Notes: generated by a model not told the origin, from the sequence alone. Shown: positions 31,411-42,329, counted from the first letter of the stretch. The stretch: 64,000 bases of DNA from an uncultured Verrucomicrobiae bacterium (GCA_963726745.1 CAVSDR010000006.1:928001-992000); one strand, 5' to 3'. Numbers and translations are program-made.

Positions 31411-33316
31411 GGCGCCCGCGAGCACGCGGCTGCTCGATGGCATCCATGGGCCTGCCGATATCAAGGCGCTGCGCGAGCAGGACCTGCCGCAGCTCGCGCA
31501 GGAAGTGCGCGACGACTTGATCCGCGTGCTTTCGCAGACCGGCGGGCATCTCGGGCCGAACCTCGGCGTGGTCGAGCTCACGATCGCGCTCCATCGCGTC
31601 TTCTCGACCCCGACGGATAAGTTTGTCTTCGACGTCAGCCACCAAGGCTACGTGCACAAAATGTTTACCGGCCGGCTGCCGCGCATCGACACCATGCGCC
31701 AGTATCAAGGGCTCAACGGCTTCCTCCTCCGCACCGAGAGCGAGCACGACAGCTACGGCGCGGGCCACGCGGGCACCGCCATCTCCGCCGCGCTCGGCAT
31801 GGCCGTGGGGCGCGATTTGCGCGGGACCGACGAGCACGTGGTCGCGGTCGCGGGCGATGCCGCTTTTACCTGCGGGATCAGCTACGAGGCGATGAACAAC
31901 GCCCGCTCGCAGACCAAGAAATTCATCGTCGTGCTGAACGACAACGAGTGGTCGATCGCGAAGAACGTCGGCGCGATTGCGTCCTACCTGAACAACATCG
32001 TGGCCAACCCGACCTACGCCGGCTTGCACGACAAGGCGCGGCGCTTCATCGAGGCGATCGCCGGGAAGAGCGCGGTGCAATTCGCGCACAAGGTCGAGGA
32101 AGGCGTGAAAGGCCTGCTCGTCCCGAGCGTGATTTTCGAAGAGCTCGGCTTGCGTTACTACGGCCCGATCGACGGGCACGACATTCCGCTGCTCACCCGC
32201 ACTTTCGAATTCCTGAAGACGCAGGACGAGCCAGTGCTGCTCCACATTCTCACGAAGAAGGGCAAAGGCTACGACCCCGCGTTGGCCAAGCCGGACAAGT
32301 TCCACGGCCTCGGCAAATACAAGATCGAGAGCGGCGAAACCGCGGCTTCGCCTACGCCGACTTATTCGGAGTTGCTGGGGAAGACGCTGGCTAAATTTGC
32401 CGACTCCAACAAGAACATCGTCACCATCACCGCGGCCATGCCCAGTGGCACCGGCCTTGGCCTTTTCCAGGCGCAACATCCCGATCGCTATTTCGACGTC
32501 GGCATTGCCGAGGAACACGCGGCCCTCTTTGCCTGCGGTCTCGCGACCCAAGGCTTGAAGCCGTTCCTCACGATCTACTCCACCTTCATGCAGCGCGCTT
32601 ATGACATGATCATTCACGACATCGCGCTGCAAAATTTGAACGTCGCGCTTTGCATGGATCGCGCCGGATTAAGCGGCGACGACGGTCCGACGCATCATGG
32701 CCTGTTCGACATCGGCTACCTGCGCCACGTCCCTGGGATCGTGCACATGCAGCCGAAGGATGAGGACGAATTCATCGACATGCTCTGGACGATGGCGAAC
32801 CACACCAGCGGCCCGATCGCGATTCGATACCCGCGCGGCGCCGGCACCGGCGCGCAGCCCAAACCCGAGCCGAAGCTGCTCGAGATCGGCAAGGCCGAAG
32901 TCGTCCAACACGGCCGCGACGTCGCCATTTTCGGACTCGGAAACATGTTCGAAGTCGGCGAAGAAGCGGCGCGCAAACTCGAAGCGCAGGGCTATTCCGT
33001 CGCCTTGATCAACCCGCGCTGGATCAAGCCGCTCGATACCGGCACGCTCGAGTTCTTCGCCCGCGGCTGCCAGGTCGTGGCTACGCTCGAGGACCATGTC
33101 CTGCACAACGGTTTCGGCTGCGCAGTCATGGAACACCTCTCCGAAGCGCGCATCACCACGCCGGTCGTCCGCATCGGCTGGCCGGATCAATTCATCGAGC
33201 ACGGCACCATCCCGATCCTGCGCCAGAAGCATGGCCTAACGAGCGATGCGCTGGTGGAGAAGTTGCTGCCTCTGCTGCAGAAACCCACGCGCCAGCCGCA
33301 GCATAACGTTGCCTAG
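31385..33316 (+). CDS. dxs: 1-deoxy-D-xylulose-5-phosphate synthase
   Basis: GGHLGPNLGVVELT, FDVSHQGY.HK, GHAGT, GDAA, YYGPIDGH, DVGIAEEHA, DGPTHHG. Confidence 0.97.
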   Translation: MTTKSDSSEAPASTRLLDGIHGPADIKALREQDLPQLAQEVRDDLIRVLSQTGGHLGPNLGVVELTIALHRVFSTPTDKFVFDVSHQGYVHKMFTGRLPRIDTMRQYQGLNGFLLRTESEHDSYGAGHAGTAISAALGMAVGRDLRGTDEHVVAVAGDAAFTCGISYEAMNNARSQTKKFIVVLNDNEWSIAKNVGAIASYLNNIVANPTYAGLHDKARRFIEAIAGKSAVQFAHKVEEGVKGLLVPSVIFEELGLRYYGPIDGHDIPLLTRTFEFLKTQDEPVLLHILTKKGKGYDPALAKPDKFHGLGKYKIESGETAASPTPTYSELLGKTLAKFADSNKNIVTITAAMPSGTGLGLFQAQHPDRYFDVGIAEEHAALFACGLATQGLKPFLTIYSTFMQRAYDMIIHDIALQNLNVALCMDRAGLSGDDGPTHHGLFDIGYLRHVPGIVHMQPKDEDEFIDMLWTMANHTSGPIAIRYPRGAGTGAQPKPEPKLLEIGKAEVVQHGRDVAIFGLGNMFEVGEEAARKLEAQGYSVALINPRWIKPLDTGTLEFFARGCQVVATLEDHVLHNGFGCAVMEHLSEARITTPVVRIGWPDQFIEHGTIPILRQKHGLTSDALVEKLLPLLQKPTRQPQHNVA

Positions 33317-33406
33317 CGCCCCGGCTGCTCGAGTCTTCCAGGTCTGCGCGGGGCGCTTGGTTGCTCCTTGCGGGCGGGTTCATCTTCTCTCTCTTCGCAG
33401 AGCCAA

Positions 33407-34414
33407 ATGAGCGCGATCGAAGTCTCCGGCCTCTCCAAGGTCTATCGCACCTACCGCAAGGAAAGCGGGCTGCGCGGGGCGATCAAAGGGCTCGTCCGGC
33501 GAAAGTATGACGAGACGCGCGCGGCGGACAACGTCTCGTTTACGATCGAAGAAGGAGAATTAGTCGGCTTTCTCGGGCCAAATGGCGCGGGCAAGACGAC
33601 CACACTGAAAATTCTTTCCGGCTTGCTTAATCCGACTGCGGGCGAAGCGCGCGTGCTTGGCTTCATCCCATGGGAGCGGCGCAACGAAATGAAGCGCCAG
33701 TTCTCGCTCGTGATGGGGCAAAAAAACGCGCTCTGGTGGGATTTGCCGGCGCAGGAATCGCTCGAGCTAAATCGCGCAATCTACGGGATCGAGCGCGCGC
33801 GTTTCCAGAAAGTCGTCGGCGGCTTGAGCGAACTCCTGGAAGTAGGCGACAAGATGAACGTGATGGTGCGCGAGCTCTCGTTAGGCGAGCGCATGAAGAT
33901 GGAATTGATCTCGGCCTTGATCCATGAGCCGAAGGTCCTGTTCCTCGATGAACCGACTATCGGTCTCGACGTGGTCAGCCAGAAACGCGTGCGCGAGTTC
34001 CTGCGGGTTTACAACCAGGAGCACAAGATCGTGACCATGCTCACGAGCCATTACATGCAGGACATCGAGGAGCTGTGCGAGCGGGTGATCATCATCGATC
34101 ACGGGAAGATTTTCTTCGATGGCCCGCTCGAGCAGATCATCGATCGCTTCTCGATCGCGAAGATCATCTCGCTGACCTTCGAGGAAAGCGCCGCGCGCGA
34201 TTTCTCCGTCTTCGGCGAAGTGGTCGAGCAAACGCCGCTCTCGGTGCAGTTGAAAGTGCCGCGCGCGCAGGTCACGGAAGTGGCGCGGCAATTACTCGAC
34301 AATTGCAAGGTCACCGACATCAACGTGCAGGAGCTTCCGGTCGAGGAAGTGATCCGGCAGCTTTTCGGCGAGCGCTCCAGCCTGCAGAAAACGGCCGCGG
34401 CCGCGCCGGCTTAG
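33407..34414 (+). CDS. ABC transporter ATP-binding protein (ABC-2 type)
   Basis: Walker A GPNGAGKTT, signature LSLGERMK, Walker B LFLDEPT, H-loop LTSH. Confidence 0.93.
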   Translation: MSAIEVSGLSKVYRTYRKESGLRGAIKGLVRRKYDETRAADNVSFTIEEGELVGFLGPNGAGKTTTLKILSGLLNPTAGEARVLGFIPWERRNEMKRQFSLVMGQKNALWWDLPAQESLELNRAIYGIERARFQKVVGGLSELLEVGDKMNVMVRELSLGERMKMELISALIHEPKVLFLDEPTIGLDVVSQKRVREFLRVYNQEHKIVTMLTSHYMQDIEELCERVIIIDHGKIFFDGPLEQIIDRFSIAKIISLTFEESAARDFSVFGEVVEQTPLSVQLKVPRAQVTEVARQLLDNCKVTDINVQELPVEEVIRQLFGERSSLQKTAAAAPA

Positions 34415-34680
34415 AAACGTCTTACGAGAGCGCGCTTCAAGTCGTGCGCATACGCCGGGTTGACCTCGAATTGGAAGGTCGCCATTTCCGCGAGCGGCAC
34501 TTCTTCGGCGAACGGGATCGTGGTCACGTAGCCGGCGGAGATCAGGCTGTTCAAGGTATCGGCCACATCCTCCGCATCCATGTGCGAGCCCTCCTGGATT
34601 TCGCCGCCGAGGACGGCTTCGGCAAAGCCCATTGCCCGGACGACCGAGACCTCGCGGCCGGTGAGTTTGATCTGACGCAT
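34411..34680 (-). CDS. Small hypothetical protein (possible winged-helix)
   Basis: 89-aa ORF MRQIKLTGREVSVVRAMG..EDVADTLNSLISAGYV; fills the gap between genes. Confidence 0.7.
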   Translation of the reverse strand: MRQIKLTGREVSVVRAMGFAEAVLGGEIQEGSHMDAEDVADTLNSLISAGYVTTIPFAEEVPLAEMATFQFEVNPAYAHDLKRALVRRF

Positions 34681-34691
34681 GCGAAGCTTTT

Positions 34692-34707
34692 AGCAGCTTG
34701 CATACCC
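34692..34707 (-). promoter_or_regulatory. Candidate sigma54 -24/-12 promoter
   Basis: Minus strand GGGTATG-CAAG-CTGCT, 11 nt before the ATG. Confidence 0.45.
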
Positions 34708-34722
34708 GAGCCGCCGGCGGCT

Positions 34723-35569
34723 TCAGGCGCCGTCGCGCGCGAGGTTTGGCAGAAGGTTCTCGCGCAAGGCGCTGGCAAAAGTCGGGAAGCGCGGTTCCCA
34801 ACCGAGCGCGCGCAGCCGGGCATTACGCACGCGTTTGTTGCTCGCGCCGCGTTTGCGCTCGCCGTCGACTGCTGCGGTCGGCGGCAGCTCGCGGGCTAAC
34901 TCTGCGGCGAGAATCGCGTAGGCCTCGCGCTGGAGGAGCGGCGCGTCGTCGGCCACATTGTAGATCTTGCCGGCTAAACCTCGGACCGCCAAAAGAACCA
35001 GTGCGGCCGCGATGTCGTCGCGATGCGCTTGATTGAGGAAGCGCGGGCTCGGATCCAGCGTGGCTTCCCGGGCGAGAAATTTCCGCAGCAAGGCCGAGCG
35101 CCCCGGGCCGTAAATCCCGGCGAGCCGCGCGACGATCCCGCCGCGCGCGAGCACGAACTCCTCCGTCTCGCGCAGAATTTTCCCTGTCTCCCGCTTCGGC
35201 TCGGCCGGGCTTTCCTCGTCCACCCATTCGCCCTCGCGCTGCGCGTAGACGCTCGTGCTGCTGGTGAAAAGAAGCAGCGCCTTGGGGAAAGCGGCCGCGA
35301 GATGGCGCGCGCCCTCGAGATAGACCTGCCGGTAAGCGTCCGCCCCGCCGCCGCCGGAGCTGGCGCAATGGATCACCACCTGCGAAATCACCGGGCGCCG
35401 GCGGCGCGGCCGCGAAGTCGACTGCACGCACCGGATAATTTTTAGCCGACAACTTCTGCGCCGATTCCTCGGAGGCGGTCCAGCCTTCCACTTCCCAGCC
35501 GCGCTCGTGAAACCGGTCTGCCGTGGCCGCGCCCACGTAGCCGCACCCGGCGATGAGCACGCGCGCCAT
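34723..35569 (-). CDS. NAD-dependent epimerase/dehydratase (SDR, YeeZ-like), frameshifted near 35383
   Basis: VLIAGCGYVG in one frame; VIHCAS, FTSSTSVY, RLAGIYGPGR, HRDD, YNVAD in the next. Confidence 0.88.
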
Positions 35570-35575
35570 CGCTCG

Positions 35576-36302
35576 TTAGTCCGTCGCCGCCGCGAGCTCG
35601 ATTTCCTCGAAGGCGATCGGCCTGGGTCGCGCGCACCTGGTGCAGCCGGATGAGCTCGAGCAGCGCCAGGAAAGTGACGACAATTTCCACGCGCGAAGCC
35701 ATCGAGGCGAAAAGCTCGGAGAAGCGCAGCGGCACGCCATCGGCCACGCGCTCGAGGATCCAGGTGATCTTGTCCGAGACGGTGTAATGCTCGCCGAAAA
35801 TCTCGGAGAGATTTTCCCGCGCCTCGATCCGCTTGATCACGTTCTGGAAGGCATTGATCAGCTGGAAAATCCCGACCTCGCCCAGACGCAAAGGCGCCAG
35901 GGCCAGCTCCGGCGCGACCGGTTCGCGCAGGAAAATGCGCTCCTGCTCGAGCTGCCGGACCTGCAGTTGCCCGGCAGCTTCCTTGAACTTTTTGTATTCG
36001 ATCAACTGCCGGATGAGATCCCAGCGCGGATCGTCTTCCTCCACGTCTTCCTCGGGCGGCTGCTGCTCCACCGGCAAGAGGCTGCGGCTCTTGAGATAAA
36101 TCAGGTTCGCCGCCATGACCACGAACTCGCCCGCGACATCGATGTTCAGCTCCTTGAACGCCTGGAGATACTCGAGGTATTGCTTCGTGATCCGCTCGAG
36201 CGAGATCTCGTAGATGTCGAGCTCGTCGCGCTTGATCAGGTAAAGCAGCAGATCGAGCGGGCCCTCGAAAATCTCGAGCTTAACTTTGTAATCGCTCTCC
36301 AT
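35576..36302 (-). CDS. scpA: Segregation and condensation protein A, frameshift near 35615
   Basis: YKVKLEIFEGPLDLLLYLI, GEFVVMAA.LIYLKSRSLLP, VVTFLALLEL; removing one base restores Q..AFEEIEL..* ending at 35576. Confidence 0.92.
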
Positions 36303-36328
36303 GCCTCTGCTGCCCGCGCGTGGGCCGC

Positions 36329-37444
36329 TTAAATTGCCTGCACTTTCCGGTGCACCCAGACGCTGTTCACGATCCCGAGACCGAACATGATCATGAGCAC
36401 GAAGGAGCCGCTGTAGCTGATCAACGGCAGCGGCACACCGGTGATCGGCAGCAGCGAGATGGTCATGCCAACGTTCTGGAAGATGTGGGTGAAAATGAGC
36501 GCAGTGATCCCAATCACGAGCAGCAGGCCGAATTGATCGCCCGCACAAAAAGCCACGAAGAGACAGGTGACTAGGAGGAGGGCAAAAGCGCCGAGAAGGA
36601 AGGAGCCGCCCACGAAGCCCCATTGCTCGCCGATGGCGGAGAAGATGTAGTCGTTATGCACCGCGGTCGCCGGGAGAAAGCCAAGCTCGATCTGGGTGTT
36701 CGGCGCCTTGAAACCTTTGCCCGCCCAGCCGCCGGAGCCGATGGCGATGAGCGATTGATTGATCGCCCAAGCCGAGCCCTGCCGGTCGATTTCGGGATTG
36801 ATGAACGCGGTGATGCGCTCTTTTTGATACGGCTTCAGGCCGAGGTTGATCGCCAGGGGCATGGCCGCGACCACCAGGAGAACGATGCAGGCGAGATAGC
36901 GCACCGGAATGCCGGCGACGAATAGCAGCGCGAGCATGACCGGCCCCCAGATGATGACCATGCCGAGATCCGGCTGCATTAAGATGAGCAGGCAGGGCGC
37001 GCCAGCGATCGCGCCGCAGAGCGCGAGCCGGAGCATGGGATGCATCTCGCGGAATTGGCTCAGAAAAAGAGCCAGCACCATGATGCCGGCGATGACCGCA
37101 AGCTGCGCCGGCTGGAAATTGATCGGCCCGAGATGGAGCCAACTGCGCGCGCCATAGACTTTCGTGCCGATGAACTTCGTCAGGATGAGAAAGAAAAGCC
37201 CGGCGAAATACATCGGGAGCGCGCCCCAGCGAACCCAGCGGTAGTCGATCAGGCTGGTGACCATGAAGACGACGAAGCCGACCGCGACCCAGTTGGCCTG
37301 CTTCCGCCAAAACTCCTGCGCGACCGGATCCGAGCGCATATAGGTGGCGCTGTAGACCGCGATCACGCCAAAGATCGCGAGCGCGAGCATGTTCACCAGC
37401 AGGAGCCAGTTCTGGCCGATGAGTTTTCGCAGAAACGGAGACAT
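36329..37444 (-). CDS. rodA: SEDS family peptidoglycan polymerase RodA
   Basis: GARSW, FQPAQ, QPDLG, YQKERI, QSLIAIGSGG..GKG, HNDYIFS.IGEQWGF, PITGVPLPLISYSGS. Confidence 0.92.
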   Translation of the reverse strand: MSPFLRKLIGQNWLLLVNMLALAIFGVIAVYSATYMRSDPVAQEFWRKQANWVAVGFVVFMVTSLIDYRWVRWGALPMYFAGLFFLILTKFIGTKVYGARSWLHLGPINFQPAQLAVIAGIMVLALFLSQFREMHPMLRLALCGAIAGAPCLLILMQPDLGMVIIWGPVMLALLFVAGIPVRYLACIVLLVVAAMPLAINLGLKPYQKERITAFINPEIDRQGSAWAINQSLIAIGSGGWAGKGFKAPNTQIELGFLPATAVHNDYIFSAIGEQWGFVGGSFLLGAFALLLVTCLFVAFCAGDQFGLLLVIGITALIFTHIFQNVGMTISLLPITGVPLPLISYSGSFVLMIMFGLGIVNSVWVHRKVQAI

Positions 37445-37737
37445 GGGGTTCGAGCGTGCGCCGGTGGCTTCGATTCGCGAAGCCTCGGGAGCGCGCGAAT
37501 ATAGCCACATCGACTGCGGGCGTAAATGCCGGGCTTGGAAACTTCGTGCAAGGAGGCCGCGGCCGGCAGATTTAAGCGCCACCTTGTCGCGACGGAGTTG
37601 CCATGTTGCTGGCTAATTATCTGCACAGACAGATATTTACGCTGCAACGAAAACTATTTTACTCCGCTTCCTTGTCCTCCTTTTTCGCGGCCTTAAACTA
37701 CTCCGGTCACGATAGTATCACCGGAAAGGGAGTCCCA

Positions 37738-38193
37738 ATGGCTGCCAGAAAGACGAAACGAAAACTAGCGCACCCGAGATTGCCGATGCAGCGCCAGCTC
37801 AACCTCGAGCACGAGGGCGAGTACTTCGATCTTCGGGAAATCTTCGACCGCTTGAACGCGCGCTATTTTCGGAATCGTCTCCGCGGATACAAGGTCGTCT
37901 GGGGCCGTCGCCGGAAACGCCGGCCGAAGGAATACTTCGTCTTCGGCACGATCCAGGAAGAGGACCGCATCATCCGGATCAATCCGCGGCTCGATCAGCC
38001 GTTCGTCCCGCGCTGGTTCCTCGAATACATCCTTTATCACGAGATGCTGCACTCAGTAGTGCCGGATGAAATTTTCCCGAGCGGCCGGCGCCGGGTGCAC
38101 ACGGAAGAGTTCAATCGCCGCGAGGCGCTCTTCCCTGGCTATCGCCGCGCCAGGCGGTGGGAAGAAGACAATCTCGCGCGCTTCCTCCGTTAG
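37738..38193 (+). CDS. SprT-like / M48 zinc metallopeptidase-domain protein
   Basis: FD.LN.RYF, IRINP.LD, YILYHEMLH (HExxH), H...F..RE. Confidence 0.85.
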   Translation: MAARKTKRKLAHPRLPMQRQLNLEHEGEYFDLREIFDRLNARYFRNRLRGYKVVWGRRRKRRPKEYFVFGTIQEEDRIIRINPRLDQPFVPRWFLEYILYHEMLHSVVPDEIFPSGRRRVHTEEFNRREALFPGYRRARRWEEDNLARFLR

Positions 38194-38229
38194 CGTCGCT
38201 CCGCTGCGGGCGTGAGCCCGGTCCGGACC

Positions 38230-39105
38230 TCATACGGCGAGGGTGTCGTTGCTACGTTCTTTTTGATGAGGTACCAAAGGGTTGTCGCGAGCAGCAGGGA
38301 GATCACCTTTGCGCGCCAATTCCTCAGGAGGATTTTCTTCATAGCTTCCGTGGAGCAGGAGTTCGCTCAGCCGTTTCCGGAATGTTTCCGGGGTAAAATT
38401 CCGCTCGATCCGTCGGCGATGGCAGATGGAAATGCCGCCGGTTTCTTCCGAGACGATGATCGCGATCGCGTCCGACTCCTCGGTAATCCCGAGCCCGGCG
38501 CGGTGCCGCAGGCCGAGACTGCGGTCGAGCGTTTCGCGCTGGCTCACCGGGAAAATGCAGGCCGCCGCGGCGATCCGGCCATTGCGCATGACCACGCCGC
38601 CATCGTGCAGCGCGCTCTTTGGGTGAAACAAGGTCAGCAAAAGCTCGACGGAAAAGACGGAGTCGAGCTCGACCCCAGTTTCCTCGTAGACGCGGATCGC
38701 GGTATCACGCTCGATCGCGATCAGCGCGCCGAATTGCTTGTTCGCCAGCTGCGTGACCGCCTCGCCGAGGTCGTGCACCGTCTCGCGTTTCTCACTCGTT
38801 AGGGAAAAGATCGGATGCCCGCCCAGCTCGGCCAGGCCGCGGCGCAGTTCCGGTTGGAAAATCACCACCAGCGCGACCGCGAGGAAGACCGAAAAGCTGC
38901 GGATGATCCAGCCGATCACGGTCAGGTTCAGCAGCTGCGAAATCAGGGTGAGCGTGAGGAAGACAATCGCCAGGCCGGTGAGCACCTTCGCGCCGCGGGT
39001 CCCGCGGAAATAGAGATAGCCGTAGTAGATCCCAACGCTCAGCAGGATGATCTCGAAAAGGCCGCGCCATTTTTCGAGCCAGAGCTGGAGGAGCTGTTGA
39101 ATCAT
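38230..39105 (-). CDS. cdaA: Diadenylate cyclase CdaA (3 TM + DisA_N)
   Basis: VIFQPELRR.L, GALIAIER, LHDGG, GLRHRAGLG, VSEETG.IS. Confidence 0.93.
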   Translation of the reverse strand: MIQQLLQLWLEKWRGLFEIILLSVGIYYGYLYFRGTRGAKVLTGLAIVFLTLTLISQLLNLTVIGWIIRSFSVFLAVALVVIFQPELRRGLAELGGHPIFSLTSEKRETVHDLGEAVTQLANKQFGALIAIERDTAIRVYEETGVELDSVFSVELLLTLFHPKSALHDGGVVMRNGRIAAAACIFPVSQRETLDRSLGLRHRAGLGITEESDAIAIIVSEETGGISICHRRRIERNFTPETFRKRLSELLLHGSYEENPPEELARKGDLPAARDNPLVPHQKERSNDTLAV

Positions 39106-39956
39106 ACGACGGGTTCGAGAAGGGCTTCAGTCACACGAAGTGCGGCCGCGTTCGGTTGGACGTCGTGCACCCGCAGGATATTCGCGCCGCGTTCACGCAG
39201 CAGCGCCGTCAGGGCAACGGTCGGCGCGAGGCGATCTTCTGCCGCGGCCAGGTTGTCGGCTATTTTCGCGAGGAAGGATTTCCGCGACACGCCTACCACC
39301 AGCGGACGATCGGCCACGCGTAATTCCGCGAGGTGACGCAGGAGGCGCAGGTTGTGTTTCAACGTTTTCCCGAAGCCGATCCCCGGATCAAACGCAATCG
39401 CCATCGGATCGATGCCGCAGTCTAGGGCGCGGGCATATTCTTGTCGAAAAAATTCCCGCACTTCCGCGATCACGTCGTCATACTGCGGCGCGTCCTGCAT
39501 CGTCCGCGGCGTTCCTTGCATGTGCATGAGGACAAACGCCGCGCCGCTTTCCGCCACGGTCGCGAGCATCTCGCTGTCTCCGCGACCGCCGGTCACGTCG
39601 TTCACGATCGTCGCGCCGGCGGCGACGGCCGCGCGCGCGACCGCGGCCTTCGAAGTGTCGATCGAAAGGAGCGCATCGGTTTCCGCGCGCAGTCGTTCGA
39701 TCACCGGAAGCACGCGGCGCAATTCCTCCGCTTCCGCCACTGGTTCCGCGCCCGGGCGGGTCGACTCGCCGCCGATGTCGAGGATGCGCGCGCCTGCCTG
39801 CGCCATGCGCACGCCCTGCGCGACCGCGCGCTCGTGATCGAAGAATTGTCCGCCATCGGAGAACGAATCCGGGGTGACATTGAGCACGCCCATGAGCAGC
39901 GCGCTGGACGTAAGGTCGAGCATCGCGCCGTCTACTTTCCAAAGCACGGGCGTCAT
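39102..39956 (-). CDS. folP: Dihydropteroate synthase
   Basis: MGVLNVTPDSFSDGG, DIGGESTRPGA, SIDT, LMHMQGTP, DPGIGFGK, GVSRKSF, RVHDV. Confidence 0.96.
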   Translation of the reverse strand: MTPVLWKVDGAMLDLTSSALLMGVLNVTPDSFSDGGQFFDHERAVAQGVRMAQAGARILDIGGESTRPGAEPVAEAEELRRVLPVIERLRAETDALLSIDTSKAAVARAAVAAGATIVNDVTGGRGDSEMLATVAESGAAFVLMHMQGTPRTMQDAPQYDDVIAEVREFFRQEYARALDCGIDPMAIAFDPGIGFGKTLKHNLRLLRHLAELRVADRPLVVGVSRKSFLAKIADNLAAAEDRLAPTVALTALLRERGANILRVHDVQPNAAALRVTEALLEPVV

Positions 39957-40051
39957 CGGCCACGAGCGTATCACAGCGCGGCGCTTATTCGAAGCCGGCA
40001 AGATTCCGCTCGTTTCTCCTCGGTCGCTCGCGGAGAGTAGCGCTCCTCCTG

Positions 40052-42211
40052 TTGAAATCGAAAACTGAACTGAAGTCCGAGATTCTGCGCATCCTCGGCG
40101 CCCCGAAATACCGGCCGCTCGATAAAACCGAGCTCGCGAAAGCACTCCAGCGCAAGAGCGGCGAGCGCATGCAGCTCAACGAAATCCTGCGCGAGCTCGA
40201 GCGCGATGGCGACATCGCGCGCATCCGCAAGAACCGCTACGTCCTCCCGGCGGAAGCCGACCTCGTGACCGGCTCGCTCCATGTGCACCAGTCCGGTTTT
40301 GCCTTCCTCACGAACGAAGCCAAGCCCGGCGAGAAGGACCTGTTCATTCCCGCGGAAGCTACCGGCACCGCGATGCACGGCGACCGCGTGGTCGCGCGAA
40401 TCACCCGCGACGAGCAATATGCCCGGCACAAGGGCGCCTCCGCGCGCGCCGAGGGCCGCATCATTCGCATCCTCGAGCGCGCGCACGACACCATTGTCGG
40501 CACGCTCCAGCAGTCGCGAAATTTCTTCGTCGTCGTGCCGGATGACCCGCGGATCGTGCACAACGTCTACGTCCCCGCGCCGCAGAACCGGTCGGCTAAA
40601 GTTGGCGACAAAGTGGTCGTGCGCCTCGAGGCGTGGGAATCGCGCCACGTAAATCCTGAGGGCGAGATCGTGGAGAATCTCGGCTCTGCCTCCGCGCCCG
40701 GCGTGGACATGCTTTCGATCATCCGGAAGTTCCATCTGCCCACGGAATTTCCCGCCGCCGTCCTCGCCGAGGCCGAGCAGATCCCGGAGACGGTGGACGC
40801 GTCGCGTTATCCGGAGCGGGAAGATTTGCGCCGGCAGTTCATCGTCACGATCGATCCCGATGACGCGCGCGATTTTGACGACGCGATCAACGTGGAACGC
40901 CTGCCTGGCGGCGGCTGGAGCCTCGGGGTGCACATCGCGGATGTCGCTGCCTATGTCGCCCCCGGCTCCGCGCTCGATCGCGAGGCGGTCAAGCGCGGCA
41001 ACAGCGTTTACCTGCCCGACCGCGTGATCCCGATGCTGCCGGAGCGCCTGAGCAACGGCGTCTGCAGCCTGCGGCCGGACGTCGACCGCCTGACGCATTC
41101 CGTCTTCATCCAGTTCGATCGCGGCGGGAAGCCGCGGCAAACGCGCTTCGCCCGCACCATCATCCGGAGCGCGCGCCGCCTGACCTACCGCCAGGCTTTC
41201 GCATTCTTGAAGTCGCCGCCTAACGACCAGTTGAGCGAGCGCCTCCATGTCGCCTGGGAGCTGGCTTCGCTCCTGCGCAAAAAACGTTTCCAGCAGGGCT
41301 CGCTCGATCTCGATTTCCCCGAGGTGAAAGTCCGCCTCGATGCCGAGGGCAAGCCGGTCGAGCTCGAGCGGATCGAGAACGACGAGTCGCACCAGCTGAT
41401 CGAGGAATTCATGCTCGCGGCCAACGAAGCGGTCGCGCAGGAATTAAAGAACAAGCTCATGCCTTCGGTCTACCGCGTGCACGAGAATCCGGATCCGGAT
41501 AAGCTGGCGGACTACCGCGAGCTCGTCCTGAGCTACAACTACAAGGCGGGCGATCTCACCCAGCGCACCGAACTCCAGCGTCTCCTCGCTTCCTTCCGCG
41601 GAAAGCCGGAGGAACAGGCGCTCAAGATCGGCCTGCTCAAGAGCCTGAAGCGCGCGCGTTACGCGGTCCAACCGCTCGGGCATTACGGATTGTCGAAGGT
41701 CAATTACACGCATTTTACCAGCCCCATCCGGCGCTACGCCGACCTCGTGGTCCACCGCTCCCTGGCGGAACTCGGGTCCGGCCGGAAAGCGCGCGGCGAC
41801 CTCGGGCAACTCGGGTCGCTCGCGGAACACATCTCGATCACCGAGCGCAACGCGGCCGAGGCCGAGATCGAGGCGGTGAAGCTGAAGAAGCTCGAGTATT
41901 TCCAGCGCCAGCTGGAGGCGAAGGAACCGCAGGTCTTCCGCGCCTCCATTCTCGAGGTGAAGAACTTCGGCCTGGTTGTGGAGTTGCCCGATGTGCTCCT
42001 CTCCGGTTTGATCCACGTCTCGTCGCTGACGGACGATTTTTATCACTACAATCCGGCGCAGCGAAAACTCGTCGGCCGGCAATCTCACCGGCAATTTTCC
42101 GTGGGCGACGAAGTGCGTGTGCGGGTTGCCCGGGTCGATACCTTCAAGCGCCAGGTCGACTTCGCTCTGGTCGATGAACGGCCCGCAAAAGCTCCCCGGG
42201 GTCGACGTTAA
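40052..42211 (+). CDS. rnr: Ribonuclease R
   Basis: N-terminal HTH and cold-shock domains, TIDPDDARDFDDA, LIEEFMLAAN, YTHFTSPIRRYADL, C-terminal S1. Confidence 0.95.
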   Translation: MKSKTELKSEILRILGAPKYRPLDKTELAKALQRKSGERMQLNEILRELERDGDIARIRKNRYVLPAEADLVTGSLHVHQSGFAFLTNEAKPGEKDLFIPAEATGTAMHGDRVVARITRDEQYARHKGASARAEGRIIRILERAHDTIVGTLQQSRNFFVVVPDDPRIVHNVYVPAPQNRSAKVGDKVVVRLEAWESRHVNPEGEIVENLGSASAPGVDMLSIIRKFHLPTEFPAAVLAEAEQIPETVDASRYPEREDLRRQFIVTIDPDDARDFDDAINVERLPGGGWSLGVHIADVAAYVAPGSALDREAVKRGNSVYLPDRVIPMLPERLSNGVCSLRPDVDRLTHSVFIQFDRGGKPRQTRFARTIIRSARRLTYRQAFAFLKSPPNDQLSERLHVAWELASLLRKKRFQQGSLDLDFPEVKVRLDAEGKPVELERIENDESHQLIEEFMLAANEAVAQELKNKLMPSVYRVHENPDPDKLADYRELVLSYNYKAGDLTQRTELQRLLASFRGKPEEQALKIGLLKSLKRARYAVQPLGHYGLSKVNYTHFTSPIRRYADLVVHRSLAELGSGRKARGDLGQLGSLAEHISITERNAAEAEIEAVKLKKLEYFQRQLEAKEPQVFRASILEVKNFGLVVELPDVLLSGLIHVSSLTDDFYHYNPAQRKLVGRQSHRQFSVGDEVRVRVARVDTFKRQVDFALVDERPAKAPRGRR

Positions 42212-42329
42212 CCCCTCAGCGCGAACAGCTCACGCAAGTTTCTCAAATCAAGATGCTTGTGGGTTAAAACAGGGAAAAATTCGCTTTCAGGCACCTAGGG
42301 ATTTTGCTTATGATGAGCCCCTTCCCCCA

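Noticed and set aside
37445..37737. Possible ncRNA in the rodA/SprT-like intergenic region
   Set aside because: Only AT-rich promoter-like sequence (TTGTCC-16-TAAACT) and a weak hairpin are visible; I recognised no RNA family.
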